Below are positions 51,618 to 61,067 of a stretch of DNA of 64,000 nt, in pieces (position 1 is the stretch's first letter; every line of letters begins with the position of its first letter). Position numbers and translations under genes: made by a program. The stretch is from Promethearchaeota archaeon (GTDB lineage Archaea; Asgardarchaeota; Lokiarchaeia; Sigyniarchaeales; SOKP01). Location of the stretch: the NCBI GenBank assembly GCA_048937405.1, contig JBHLNF010000005.1, positions 128,001 through 192,000 on the forward strand. The letters run 5' to 3'. Below the pieces are notes generated by a model. It saw nothing but the letters and a program-made list of their open reading frames with translations. It had not been told where the DNA came from and searched no databases.

Positions 51618-52454
51618 TTAAGTTTTTAAGAGATTTCCCATTCTTTCTCTAGTATCCTTACTTAATAATCTATGAGTAATCCACGTGATTTTCGGAAAAA
51701 CATAATATTTAATGAAGAATAAAATTATTTTGGTAAAATAATTTTTCAGTTTAATAAATGACTGACCATATTCCCTTTGTTTTACTTTAACTGGAATTTC
51801 TTTAAAGTTATAGTAGGGTATTATTTTAAAAAGCATCTCTTGTGTTAAAGAGTATTCTGATTCAAATCCAATTTTATTTATTAATTTTGAAGATAATGCT
51901 CGGTATCCATTTGTAGGATCTGATATCTTTTTTCGGAGAAGGAGAAAATAAAAAGCAGTCATTAATTTTGAACATAATTTTCTATATATATTCATATTAT
52001 AATAATTCATAAATCGGTTTCCAATAACAAAATCAATGTTATCTTTAAAAATTGGTTCAATAAAGTCGTTTATATATTTTGGATCATGTTGCCCATCACC
52101 ATCCAATAAGACAACTACATCACATTTGACTTCTTTACAGTAATTTAATCCCGTTTTAGTAGCCGCTCCATTACCTCTATTTTTATGATGCCTAATGATG
52201 TTTACATCATATTTACTTGCTATTTGATATGTATTATCATCAGAACCATCATCAATCACTATTATTTCCATTTTATTAGAGATATTTCTGGGTATTTTGT
52301 CTAATGTCTTTCCAATATTCATTTCTTCATTATATGCTGGAATTACCACCCCAATTCTTAAACTCGGGAAACGATAATCTTCATATTGCTCTTTTTTATT
52401 CATTTTAGTAGTAGAATCATAGCTTGGTTTTTGTGATGGTAGTAATGTCTTCAA
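51618..52454 (-). CDS. GT2 polyprenol-phosphate glycosyltransferase (DPM1-like)
   Basis: VIPAYNEE, IDDGSDD, NRGNG, LDGDGQH, GNRF, DPTNGYRA. Confidence 0.9.
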   Translation of the reverse strand: MKTLLPSQKPSYDSTTKMNKKEQYEDYRFPSLRIGVVIPAYNEEMNIGKTLDKIPRNISNKMEIIVIDDGSDDNTYQIASKYDVNIIRHHKNRGNGAATKTGLNYCKEVKCDVVVLLDGDGQHDPKYINDFIEPIFKDNIDFVIGNRFMNYYNMNIYRKLCSKLMTAFYFLLLRKKISDPTNGYRALSSKLINKIGFESEYSLTQEMLFKIIPYYNFKEIPVKVKQREYGQSFIKLKNYFTKIILFFIKYYVFPKITWITHRLLSKDTRERMGNLLKT

Positions 52455-52749
52455 AATAATATTCCCACTATATAGTAAAATTAATGCATAATTTTGAAAG
52501 GTAATCTAGATGAATACAAACTTAAGATATTTTTTAATAATAATTTTTAATATAAAAAATAAATCAATTTTACAGATTTATAATTTGTCCTATTAACCAT
52601 ATGATTAAGACTGTTAGTCAATAAAAGCTTTCAATTTGGATTTGATTTATTTTTTTACATTTTATCTAAATAATTTTATGTTTTAGTTGGAGATGACTAA
52701 AATTTAATTAATTGATAAAAAAAGTTAATTAATAATTTCACAATAACTT

Positions 52750-53922
52750 TTGTTATTTATGGGTATTCATTACATAAATATTTGTTTTGTAAATCCTGGT
52801 ATCAACATTAGACGCCCTATCTCTTTAATAATGAGTTTATTAGAGAAAAATAAATATAAAATATCCATTTTAACCCCCAGAGAAAAATCTAGTGTCAGAA
52901 GAGAAAATACAAGGCATTACGATGATTTTAAAGATATAAATTTACTAACATACCCTATATGGACAAAATCGTCAGGATTCATTTGGCCAATTCCCGTTAA
53001 TTTGGATTTTATTAAAAAAACTTGGAAGATATTAAAAGAAAATGATATAATTCATGTATGGGTTCCATTTTATCCTAATACATTTATAGTTTGTTTATTA
53101 AAACTCTTATTTTTCAGAAAGAAAAAATTAATTCTAACAATGGACACATTTCCAGCATACTCTTTTAAAGTATCATCATTATTGGATGTATTGTTTAAAT
53201 TCTTTTTTAAGACTTTAGGAAAACTTGCTTTTATTGCATCTAATTATATTTTAGTTTATGGAGACTCATTTGTTAAACATGCTGAAAGCTCAGGAGTACC
53301 TAAAAGGAAGATAAAAGTTACTCCTACTGGAATCCAACTTAATCCTAAATCTTCAGATATAAATATTAGTAATTTACTAAATATTAAGAATAATGAAAAG
53401 ATTGTTTTATTTATTGGAATTCATAATAAAAGGAAAGGAATTGATACAATTATAAAAACAGCATCTTTATTGAGAGATGAAGACATTAGATTTATATTAA
53501 TAGGCGATGGTCCAGAAAGAGAGAAATTAATTAAATTGGTTTCAACTTTAGAATTATCTGAAAAGATTAATTTTTTAGGAAATCGTCTAGATGTTCATAA
53601 TTTTTATAACCATGCAGATATTTTTTTTTTCCCTAGTAGAGGTGAAGGATTGCCTGGTGTTTTAATGGAAGCAATGATTTATCAAGTCCCTATTATATCA
53701 AGTAATATTTCGGGTGTAAGAGATTTAATAGAACACATGAAAAACGGAATTTTATGTAAAACAGAAGATATAATCTGTTATAAAAATGCTATAAATTTAC
53801 TTTTAAGAGACCAAAAAATAAGAAATAGATTTAAAAAGAACGGATTAGATATGATAAAAACTAATTATATGTGGAAAAAAAATTTTCTAAAATTTGAATC
53901 TATCTATAAAAAGTTAGTTTAA
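52750..53922 (+). CDS. Glycosyltransferase family 4
   Basis: FIGIHNKRKG, IGDG, PSRGEGLPGVLMEAM; probable start ATG 52759. Confidence 0.9.
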   Translation: MLFMGIHYINICFVNPGINIRRPISLIMSLLEKNKYKISILTPREKSSVRRENTRHYDDFKDINLLTYPIWTKSSGFIWPIPVNLDFIKKTWKILKENDIIHVWVPFYPNTFIVCLLKLLFFRKKKLILTMDTFPAYSFKVSSLLDVLFKFFFKTLGKLAFIASNYILVYGDSFVKHAESSGVPKRKIKVTPTGIQLNPKSSDINISNLLNIKNNEKIVLFIGIHNKRKGIDTIIKTASLLRDEDIRFILIGDGPEREKLIKLVSTLELSEKINFLGNRLDVHNFYNHADIFFFPSRGEGLPGVLMEAMIYQVPIISSNISGVRDLIEHMKNGILCKTEDIICYKNAINLLLRDQKIRNRFKKNGLDMIKTNYMWKKNFLKFESIYKKLV

Positions 53923-54097
53923 AGTAAAGATTTCTAATATTTAAAATCATCAATTCTGTTCAATCATAGATTTTTCACACAAAAATCATTAGTAATGATG
54001 ATCACTAATTAAAATTTGAATAAATCATCTTTTTCTAAATAAAATCATTGTTGAATTTGAGTGAATTTCAATATAAAATTCATAATTCTGATTAATT

Positions 54098-55741
54098 TTA
54101 TTTTCTAGTAAATTTCTTAGTAAAGTTTAAACTTTTAAATAAAATTTTATCAAAGAATCTCTTTTTGTCTAAAAGAGACTGGAAATAAGATATATCAGAA
54201 GAAGTAACTGTTCTTAACAAGTAATTTGTTATAATAAAGAGAATAAAAAATGTAAAAATTGATAAGAAATCAAAATTCTTAAAGAGTGAAAATCCTAGAA
54301 GTAGAATAAACCCTTCAGCTGCATTTTTGAATATAAATTCCTTTAGAATTATTGTAATAGACAAAGGAATGAAAAATGTTATGTATTGAATTGCAATTTT
54401 TTTGATAATCAATTTAATTTTCCCAAATTTATATGTTGAATAGATTTGAATTATCATTGAAATAATATTTCCTATTATCAATCCATAGATAATTGCTCCT
54501 TCTACTCCAAAAAAGTAAAGCCCAATAAAAAATAATGGAATACTAATCGAAGTATAAATTATTCTTAAGATTAAGGTTAACTTTACTTTATGTTGAGCAT
54601 TTAAATGACTTTGTACAAATATCATGAGAATTTTGAAAATAGATGCAAGTACCATTAATCGAAGAAAATTTGAGTAAATTAACCGGTCTTCAAGAAATAC
54701 AAAATCTATAACAAATTCCACGCTAAAAAAAAGGACGCCTGACATAATTAGCAAAAGAAATAAGGTTACTCTATAAGTAATTCTAAAAATCTCTTCTATT
54801 TGCTTATAACTTTGTTTCGTGTTTAATGATGTAAAAGAGGTTAATAGTGGAAAATTAAAAGAATGAACAGCATAATCATTCAATTTTTGATAGTTTTGTG
54901 CAATATTATATCCCGTAACAACATCACTGGAGATTATATACCCAATTCCTTGAACTTGTGATTGGGTCCAAATTCTATCAATAAGATCATTGAGGCTCAT
55001 ATATCCACCATATTTAAATGTTTTAGAAACATCTTCCTTAAATGAATCTGTTTTGTTTCTCGTTAGTTTAATTTTATTAACCATTATAAAGACAAAAATA
55101 GAATTAAATATAAACGGAATTAAGCTTGAAATTAAAACTATCCATGCTGCAATTTCAATCTTAATTTCAATACTATTTATCCAAAAAATAATTAAAGGGA
55201 TAATATGTATCGTATTTTTTACTATTAAAAAAAGGAAATTATAATTAAACTTATTGAAACCACGATTAATGGCTTCTACTATATTATTCATATTATTTAT
55301 TAAAATACAAGGACTCAAAATAAAGAAAAGAGATACTAAAGTTTCTACAAGAAAATTAGAAAATAGAATAAAAATCAAAATACTGATAATAAAAATAGGA
55401 AATAGAAAAATCAGTTTTATTATAATAGTGTTTCGGATTAATGATTTCACCTTGGATCTTTCATTTAAGGCAAAATATCTTGGAATATAATAATTTAGAG
55501 TAAAATTGAGACCTGGAGGTAATAGGGATGTTATAGTTACTAAAATCATAATAATTGATGTGGCCATTATGAGAAGGCCCCAAATATCATCTACAAATAA
55601 ACGGGCTAAAAGAAAAGAATAGATAAAAGTGAAAAATAACGAGCTATAATTAAACAAAAATGAAAAGAAAGTATTTGTCGCCAAATTTCTGTATTCTGAA
55701 TTACCATTTGAATTTTTATTTTTATTATCTGAGTTTTCCAT
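54098..55741 (-). CDS. Oligosaccharide flippase (MOP superfamily, Wzx/AglR-like)
   Basis: 12-14 TM pattern; LATNTFFSF...LLARL, GL..T..YYIP, VTGYNIA, FGVEGA. Confidence 0.8.
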   Translation of the reverse strand: MENSDNKNKNSNGNSEYRNLATNTFFSFLFNYSSLFFTFIYSFLLARLFVDDIWGLLIMATSIIMILVTITSLLPPGLNFTLNYYIPRYFALNERSKVKSLIRNTIIIKLIFLFPIFIISILIFILFSNFLVETLVSLFFILSPCILINNMNNIVEAINRGFNKFNYNFLFLIVKNTIHIIPLIIFWINSIEIKIEIAAWIVLISSLIPFIFNSIFVFIMVNKIKLTRNKTDSFKEDVSKTFKYGGYMSLNDLIDRIWTQSQVQGIGYIISSDVVTGYNIAQNYQKLNDYAVHSFNFPLLTSFTSLNTKQSYKQIEEIFRITYRVTLFLLLIMSGVLFFSVEFVIDFVFLEDRLIYSNFLRLMVLASIFKILMIFVQSHLNAQHKVKLTLILRIIYTSISIPLFFIGLYFFGVEGAIIYGLIIGNIISMIIQIYSTYKFGKIKLIIKKIAIQYITFFIPLSITIILKEFIFKNAAEGFILLLGFSLFKNFDFLSIFTFFILFIITNYLLRTVTSSDISYFQSLLDKKRFFDKILFKSLNFTKKFTRK

Positions 55742-56060
55742 GTCGAAAATTAAATTATTAATTTGAATAAATTAAGGGAAAAAATAGTAAGTCTCAAATT
55801 AAATTTATGGTTTGGGAAAGTTTAATATATCTTTTTAAGAAGCTAATTAAATTTACTATTCATATTATACTATAAATTTTATTAAAGAAAAGTTTAATAG
55901 GATAACGCTAAATTTTTATTTTTTACCTTTTTTCCCCTAGTTCTTTGACTTCTATAAATATTATAAGATTTTAATCCTTAATCTCATCATAAAGGATGAA
56001 AACCAATTAATATTAATTTTAAATAAAATTAAAATAATAAGCTTTTTAATCTTTATAGAA

Positions 56061-57227
56061 ATGAAATTAGATATATCAAAGAATCTGCATTCAAATCAAG
56101 AATTTAACAAAACTATGAAATTACAATATAAACCTAAAATTGGTATATTTACTAAACCAATCGACCAAGGTACAAGTGGTAGTGGGAGTTATTTAAGGCA
56201 GTTAGTGAATCAGATTCTAAAATTAAATAAAAAATTTAATATTGTTCTTATACATCATTCTAAAAATGATAATGAAGTGTATAAGAAAGCGAAAGATTTA
56301 ATTATTTCAAAAAATCCATTATTTGCTTATATAAAACTTAAAAAAGAAAATTTTGATCTACTTCATTATTATCCATTAACTATAACTTCTCCAATTTGGA
56401 TAAAAAAACCAAAAAAAGTTACTTCTGTTCATGGAGGTGGAGCAGCAGAGCTTTACTTTCCAAGTCAGTTTAGCTATATAAAACGGTTACATTCTAAATT
56501 AATTAAACCTAAATTTTTTAGGAAAATGGATTATATTTTTGTAGGATCTAATATTGGAAAAAAATTTCTTACACGTCAATATAATGTGAAAGAAGATAAA
56601 ATATTTTTTACTTATAGTGCGGTAAATGAAGATTTCAGAATTTATGAAAATAAACCTATCGAAATTAAGAAAAAATATGGAATTGAGGGGCCATTTATTT
56701 TCCATCTAAGTAAATTCTCAGAGAGAAAAAATCCATGGACAATAATGAAAGCTTTTCAAAAAGTAAAAATAATTAATGATAAGATTAAGTTAGTACTAGG
56801 AGGAAAAGGTTGGAAAAATATAAAAGTTATTGATTTTGCCAGAAAGAATGAAATTTTTAAAGATATCATATTTACTGGTTTTATTCCCCAAGAAGATCTT
56901 ATTCATCTTTTAAATTTAGCTGATGTCTTTGTTTTCCCCTCGTTTTTTGAAGGCTTTGGTATACCTAATTTGGAAGCAATGGCATGTGGTTGTCCAGTAA
57001 TTACTTCAAATGCCTTCGCAATACGAGAAATTGTAGGGGATGCCGCACTACTTTTAGAAGATAATTCAAATCCTGAAGAGTTAGCAAAAAAAATAATTTT
57101 ATTAATTAGTGATAAAAAATTACGAGATGAATTTATTAAAAAAGGTCTAGCAAGATTAAAATTATTCTCGTGGGAAAAAAGTGCCCAGACAGTATTAAAA
57201 ATATATGAAAGATGCTTGAACCTATAA
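56061..57227 (+). CDS. Glycosyltransferase family 4 (MtfB/WbaZ-like)
   Basis: ERKN, FTGFIP, FVFPSFFEGFGIPNLEAMACG, FSWEKSA. Confidence 0.92.
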   Translation: MKLDISKNLHSNQEFNKTMKLQYKPKIGIFTKPIDQGTSGSGSYLRQLVNQILKLNKKFNIVLIHHSKNDNEVYKKAKDLIISKNPLFAYIKLKKENFDLLHYYPLTITSPIWIKKPKKVTSVHGGGAAELYFPSQFSYIKRLHSKLIKPKFFRKMDYIFVGSNIGKKFLTRQYNVKEDKIFFTYSAVNEDFRIYENKPIEIKKKYGIEGPFIFHLSKFSERKNPWTIMKAFQKVKIINDKIKLVLGGKGWKNIKVIDFARKNEIFKDIIFTGFIPQEDLIHLLNLADVFVFPSFFEGFGIPNLEAMACGCPVITSNAFAIREIVGDAALLLEDNSNPEELAKKIILLISDKKLRDEFIKKGLARLKLFSWEKSAQTVLKIYERCLNL

Positions 57228-57491
57228 TTATCTCTTTTAAATTCTTTTTTTTAGAAAATATATTTAATTTTCTATTTATTTAAAAATCTAATCCCTTAGA
57301 TTTAATAGATATTTTTTCAACCTCTTAAATTCATGTTTAAAGTAAAAAGTTCTATCAATTTTTAACATCAATATTTGAAAAATTGATAAATATTGGAAGG
57401 TTTTATCCTTTAGAAAACTGAATCTATTACCATGATTAAAATTATAAACTTTCTAATTTTTATACATTTAATAACTATTTTTTAGTGAAAT

Positions 57492-58310
57492 ATGCCGAGA
57501 GAAAGTTTTAAAGAATTTAGACAAATTATTCAAGGAACAAAACTTGAAAAACAAAGAAAAAAGAAAGATTGGTGGCATTGGATTTACAGATTTTTCTCAA
57601 GATATATTACTTGGGTTCTTGTAAAAACCCCTATTTCTGCTAATATTATTACAATTACAGGAATATTGATTGGGTTAATAGGATTATTCTTAATAGGAAT
57701 AGGAAATAATTTTTTAATAATTTTTGGATTTATTTTATTATATATTTATTACTTATCTGATGAAGTTGATGGTGAAGTCGCTAGATATAAGAAACAAACA
57801 TCTTCACGAGGTATATATTATGATGAAATCGGACATTTATTCTTTCAAGGATGGTTTTTCTTTTCTTTTGGATACAGTATTTATAGGCTCAATTTTGAGT
57901 TTATGTATATTTTTCTTGCATTTATCGCAACTTTTTTCCTAATAGGAATTAGAACAGTTAGGAAAATATCCATCATAGCATTTGCTAAAGGTAATATTAA
58001 AAAAGGGAATGAAATTAAAACAAGAGGAGACGAAGAAAAATCCTCAAAAAAATCTTTTATTAAATTAGTTAAAAGTATATCTATCAATCTAGTAAATGGT
58101 TTTAGTCATACACACATGATAACAACAATGTTTTTTGTTGGATTCTTATTATATATCTATTTTGAAATTATTTGGGTAATAGAACTTTTGATGATTAGCT
58201 ACGTTCTATTTCTACTTTTTGTATTTCTAACATTTATGATTTTAAAAGCTAGAACTATTGAAAAAGATGCTCGAAAACATTATGAAAAAAAATTCTTGGA
58301 AAATCCATAA
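57492..58310 (+). CDS. CDP-alcohol phosphotransferase family membrane protein
   Basis: SANIIT...DEVDGEVARYKKQTSSRGIYYDEIGH matches D-x2-DG-x2-AR-x8-G-x3-D-x3-D with the last D replaced by H. Confidence 0.88.
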   Translation: MPRESFKEFRQIIQGTKLEKQRKKKDWWHWIYRFFSRYITWVLVKTPISANIITITGILIGLIGLFLIGIGNNFLIIFGFILLYIYYLSDEVDGEVARYKKQTSSRGIYYDEIGHLFFQGWFFFSFGYSIYRLNFEFMYIFLAFIATFFLIGIRTVRKISIIAFAKGNIKKGNEIKTRGDEEKSSKKSFIKLVKSISINLVNGFSHTHMITTMFFVGFLLYIYFEIIWVIELLMISYVLFLLFVFLTFMILKARTIEKDARKHYEKKFLENP

Positions 58311-58343
58311 TAAGTTTGAATTAAAAATTACGAAGGCATTTTA

Positions 58344-59849
58344 ATGAATATTTTTTGGATTGTTACTGACTCAATTTGCAATTATGAAAGGTCTGATTTA
58401 CATGGTTTACTTCCGACCTATAATAAATTAAAAAATGAAAATGAAGGTTTTTATTTTGAAGATTGTATCTCTCAATTTCCTTCAACAAATTTATCACTTT
58501 TATCATTTCTAACAGGTAGATTTCCTTATTATATATTCCCTGACTACTATCGTTCAATTAAGAATTTGCCCAGTTTGAAATATAAGAATTTTATTGCACC
58601 ATTGAAACAAGAGAATTACAGAGTTCAATCAATTTTTTTTGGTAGAGAACAAGCTGTAATTTTAAAAGAAATTCTCAATCCATTTTATGAAACAGATATG
58701 TATAAAGGAGATCACTGGCTGGATGCTAAGGAAGTATATCAATATTTTATTCAGAAAGTTGAAAAATTTCAGCCTGATGAAAAAAACTTTTTATTCACGT
58801 TTTTTAGACCAAGTGGCCCTCAAACAGATAAATATTTAAGGAAAATAATAGAATATTTAAAAAAGAATAATTATTGGGAAAATTCAGTAATAATCATCAA
58901 TTCGGATCATGGATATTATGATAAGAATTTATATAAGAAGACTAAATTACTCCATTTTGATGATATTCATCAATCATCGATGCAACCTGTTTTATTTATT
59001 AAATTACCAACGAGTTTGACTTTATCTCAGCCCAAGATAATAGAAAATAGGACATATTTAATTGATCTGATGGAGACGATTCTGGATTATCTAAATATTA
59101 AGATTTCTCATGAGAGGGATTCAATTTCTTTCAAAGATTTAATTGAAAAGGATATTGATGTGAACAATCAGAGAATAATCCGAGGAGATTGCTATTTAAT
59201 GTTCCAAGCAATTAAAAGAACTATGATAATAAAATCTAATTGGAAATTAGTAAATAATAATGGAATATTTTCATTATACAATTTATCTGAAGATCACTTA
59301 GAAAGAAAAGATATAAAAAACCAATATAATAAGATTTACAATGAACTATATCAATTCTATTTAATGACAGAATTGAAGGCATATAAGGTATTTGAATCAC
59401 TACTCTTTTCTCTTTATGATAAGAGTATATTACCAAAATTAAAATTATCAAAAATTTTTATTCCTAAACAATTTCCTCCTCAACTTGTAAGATTTCTCAA
59501 AGAAAATCTAGCGAAAAATAACATCATTATAAATAGTCAAGATCTAAATGAACTTCAATTAAACGATGATCAAAAACTTACTACTATACTCTTTTATAAC
59601 AGACTAACTGGAATTAGATTAAGCAAATTAATAAGAAAATATAAAGAACAAACCAAGCGATTCATAATTTTGGACACAGAATTAAATGAAGTTTCTGATC
59701 AATTAAATCAAACTGGGTACTTAAAATTCGTACTCAGATCAATTTGGGTCCGGAGAAAACTCTTATTTCAAAGATGGAAGGAGATTGTTGTTTGGATTTT
59801 ATATTTCCCATTATATTTCAACAAGCATGCAAGAAAATATTACAAATAA
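58344..59849 (+). CDS. Alkaline phosphatase/sulfatase superfamily protein (Thr at nucleophile position; possible phospho(no)transferase or hydrolase)
   Basis: NIFWIVTDS, FPSTNLSLLSFLTGRFP, NSDHG, IDLMETILD, WKL, LYNL..D..E; no CxPxR. Confidence 0.75.
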   Translation: MNIFWIVTDSICNYERSDLHGLLPTYNKLKNENEGFYFEDCISQFPSTNLSLLSFLTGRFPYYIFPDYYRSIKNLPSLKYKNFIAPLKQENYRVQSIFFGREQAVILKEILNPFYETDMYKGDHWLDAKEVYQYFIQKVEKFQPDEKNFLFTFFRPSGPQTDKYLRKIIEYLKKNNYWENSVIIINSDHGYYDKNLYKKTKLLHFDDIHQSSMQPVLFIKLPTSLTLSQPKIIENRTYLIDLMETILDYLNIKISHERDSISFKDLIEKDIDVNNQRIIRGDCYLMFQAIKRTMIIKSNWKLVNNNGIFSLYNLSEDHLERKDIKNQYNKIYNELYQFYLMTELKAYKVFESLLFSLYDKSILPKLKLSKIFIPKQFPPQLVRFLKENLAKNNIIINSQDLNELQLNDDQKLTTILFYNRLTGIRLSKLIRKYKEQTKRFIILDTELNEVSDQLNQTGYLKFVLRSIWVRRKLLFQRWKEIVVWILYFPLYFNKHARKYYK

Positions 59850-60007
59850 CTAATTCTTGGTTTTTCTCGGGAACTTATTGAATTATAAAAAATTAATTTT
59901 AACTTTCTTAAGACTTTTTTTAGAGAAATTAATGAGAAAGAAAAGATAATTAAAGTTAGGATAATAATAGTTTAGATATCCAATAAAAGGATGAATAAAG
60001 TAACTCC

Positions 60008-60088
60008 TTACCTATATAAGACTTCATAAGTTTCGAGATAACAAAAAGAATATATAAATATCAAATCTCTAAAAGTTTATATAGGTAA
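60008..60088. repeat. Perfect 12-bp inverted repeat TTACCTATATAA / TTATATAGGTAA (twin outward-facing TATA elements)
   Basis: Arms at 60008-60019 and 60077-60088; similarity extends inward with gaps (ACTT/AAGT, TTCGAGAT/ATCTCTAA). Confidence 0.65.
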
Positions 60089-60115
60089 CCGTACTTGTAA
60101 GGTTATTAAACTTTT
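60071..60115 (+). promoter_or_regulatory. BRE-TATA (AAAAG-TTTATATA) followed by palindromic operator candidate TAACCGTAC-TT-GTAAGGTTA
   Basis: TATA 60076-60083; palindrome 60086-60105 (8/9 arm match); outer 9-bp arms AAAAGTTTA (60071-79) and TAAACTTTT (60107-15). Confidence 0.55.
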
Positions 60116-60126
60116 CATGTAATTAT

Positions 60127-61050
60127 ATGCCGAAACAAAAATTTTCTGATCCTGAAGAAATTAAGAAGATTTATGAGAGTGTTAAAAAAATCGGATATAA
60201 AAAAACATCTGAGAAATTTAATGAGCATATTTCACTTCTAGAGCGAATTGTAAGAAGATATGAAGAAAACAAGGAAGTAAAAAAGATGAAAGTAATTATT
60301 ATAGCCGCGGGTCCAAGTACAAGATTAAGACCCTTAACTGAATATAAGCCAAAATGTTTATTAGAAATTGAAGAAAAAAGCATTCTTGAACGTATAATAG
60401 AAATTTTTAAATATTTTGGTCTTGATAACTTTGTAATTATTCGAGGATATCAAAAAGAAAAAATTGATTTACCAAATATTTCCTACTATGATAATGATGA
60501 TTACTATAACAATAATATTCTCGAATCATTGTTTTACGCTGAGGAGGCAATGAAAGATGGATTTATTTTCACCTATTCAGATATATTGTACAGTAAAAAT
60601 GTCGTTAAAAAATTATTAGATTCCCCTCATGATTTTAGTTTTATCGTAGATACTGATTGGAGGAAAAGATATGAAGGACGCACAAAACATCCTACAGACG
60701 AAGCTGAATTAGTTATTGTAGAAGATGGGAAAATAAAACATCTATCAAAATTTTATAATCCAGATATTGCTTACGGAGAATTCATAGGACTTGGTAAATT
60801 TACAAAAAAAGCGGCAGAAATTTTAAGCCGTAACTATAATCGTGCAAAATACAATAAAACTTGTAAATTTGAGGGAAGATTTCATGATGCAACGACTATG
60901 CAAAAAGCATACTTAACAGATATGCTTGAAGAACTTATTTTTCGAGGATATTCAATGCATTCGGTTGACATTCAAGGAGAATGGGTAGAAATGGATACCG
61001 AGGAAGATTATGAATATGCTAAAGAATTAATAAAAAATGGAAAAATATAA
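60127..61050 (+). CDS. LicC/PntC-like phosphocholine/phosphonate cytidylyltransferase with N-terminal HTH-like extension
   Basis: From Met54: KVIIIAAGPSTRLRPLT..KPKCLL, YSDILY, GEFIGL, WVEMDT.ED. Residues 1-53 include GYKKTSEKFNEHISLLERIVRRYEE (HTH-like). Confidence 0.82.
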   Translation: MPKQKFSDPEEIKKIYESVKKIGYKKTSEKFNEHISLLERIVRRYEENKEVKKMKVIIIAAGPSTRLRPLTEYKPKCLLEIEEKSILERIIEIFKYFGLDNFVIIRGYQKEKIDLPNISYYDNDDYYNNNILESLFYAEEAMKDGFIFTYSDILYSKNVVKKLLDSPHDFSFIVDTDWRKRYEGRTKHPTDEAELVIVEDGKIKHLSKFYNPDIAYGEFIGLGKFTKKAAEILSRNYNRAKYNKTCKFEGRFHDATTMQKAYLTDMLEELIFRGYSMHSVDIQGEWVEMDTEEDYEYAKELIKNGKI

Positions 61051-61067
61051 AATTAGGTTAAAAAAAT

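Noticed and set aside
3236-60383. Short ORFs from the track nested in or antisense to long genes (e.g. 3236, 5907, 7131, 10186, 11786, 14199, 16761, 16992, 25455, 30276, 36048, 37358, 45033, 48735, 54990, 57724, 60171)
   Set aside because: They overlap well-supported genes and show no motifs; typical shadow frames.
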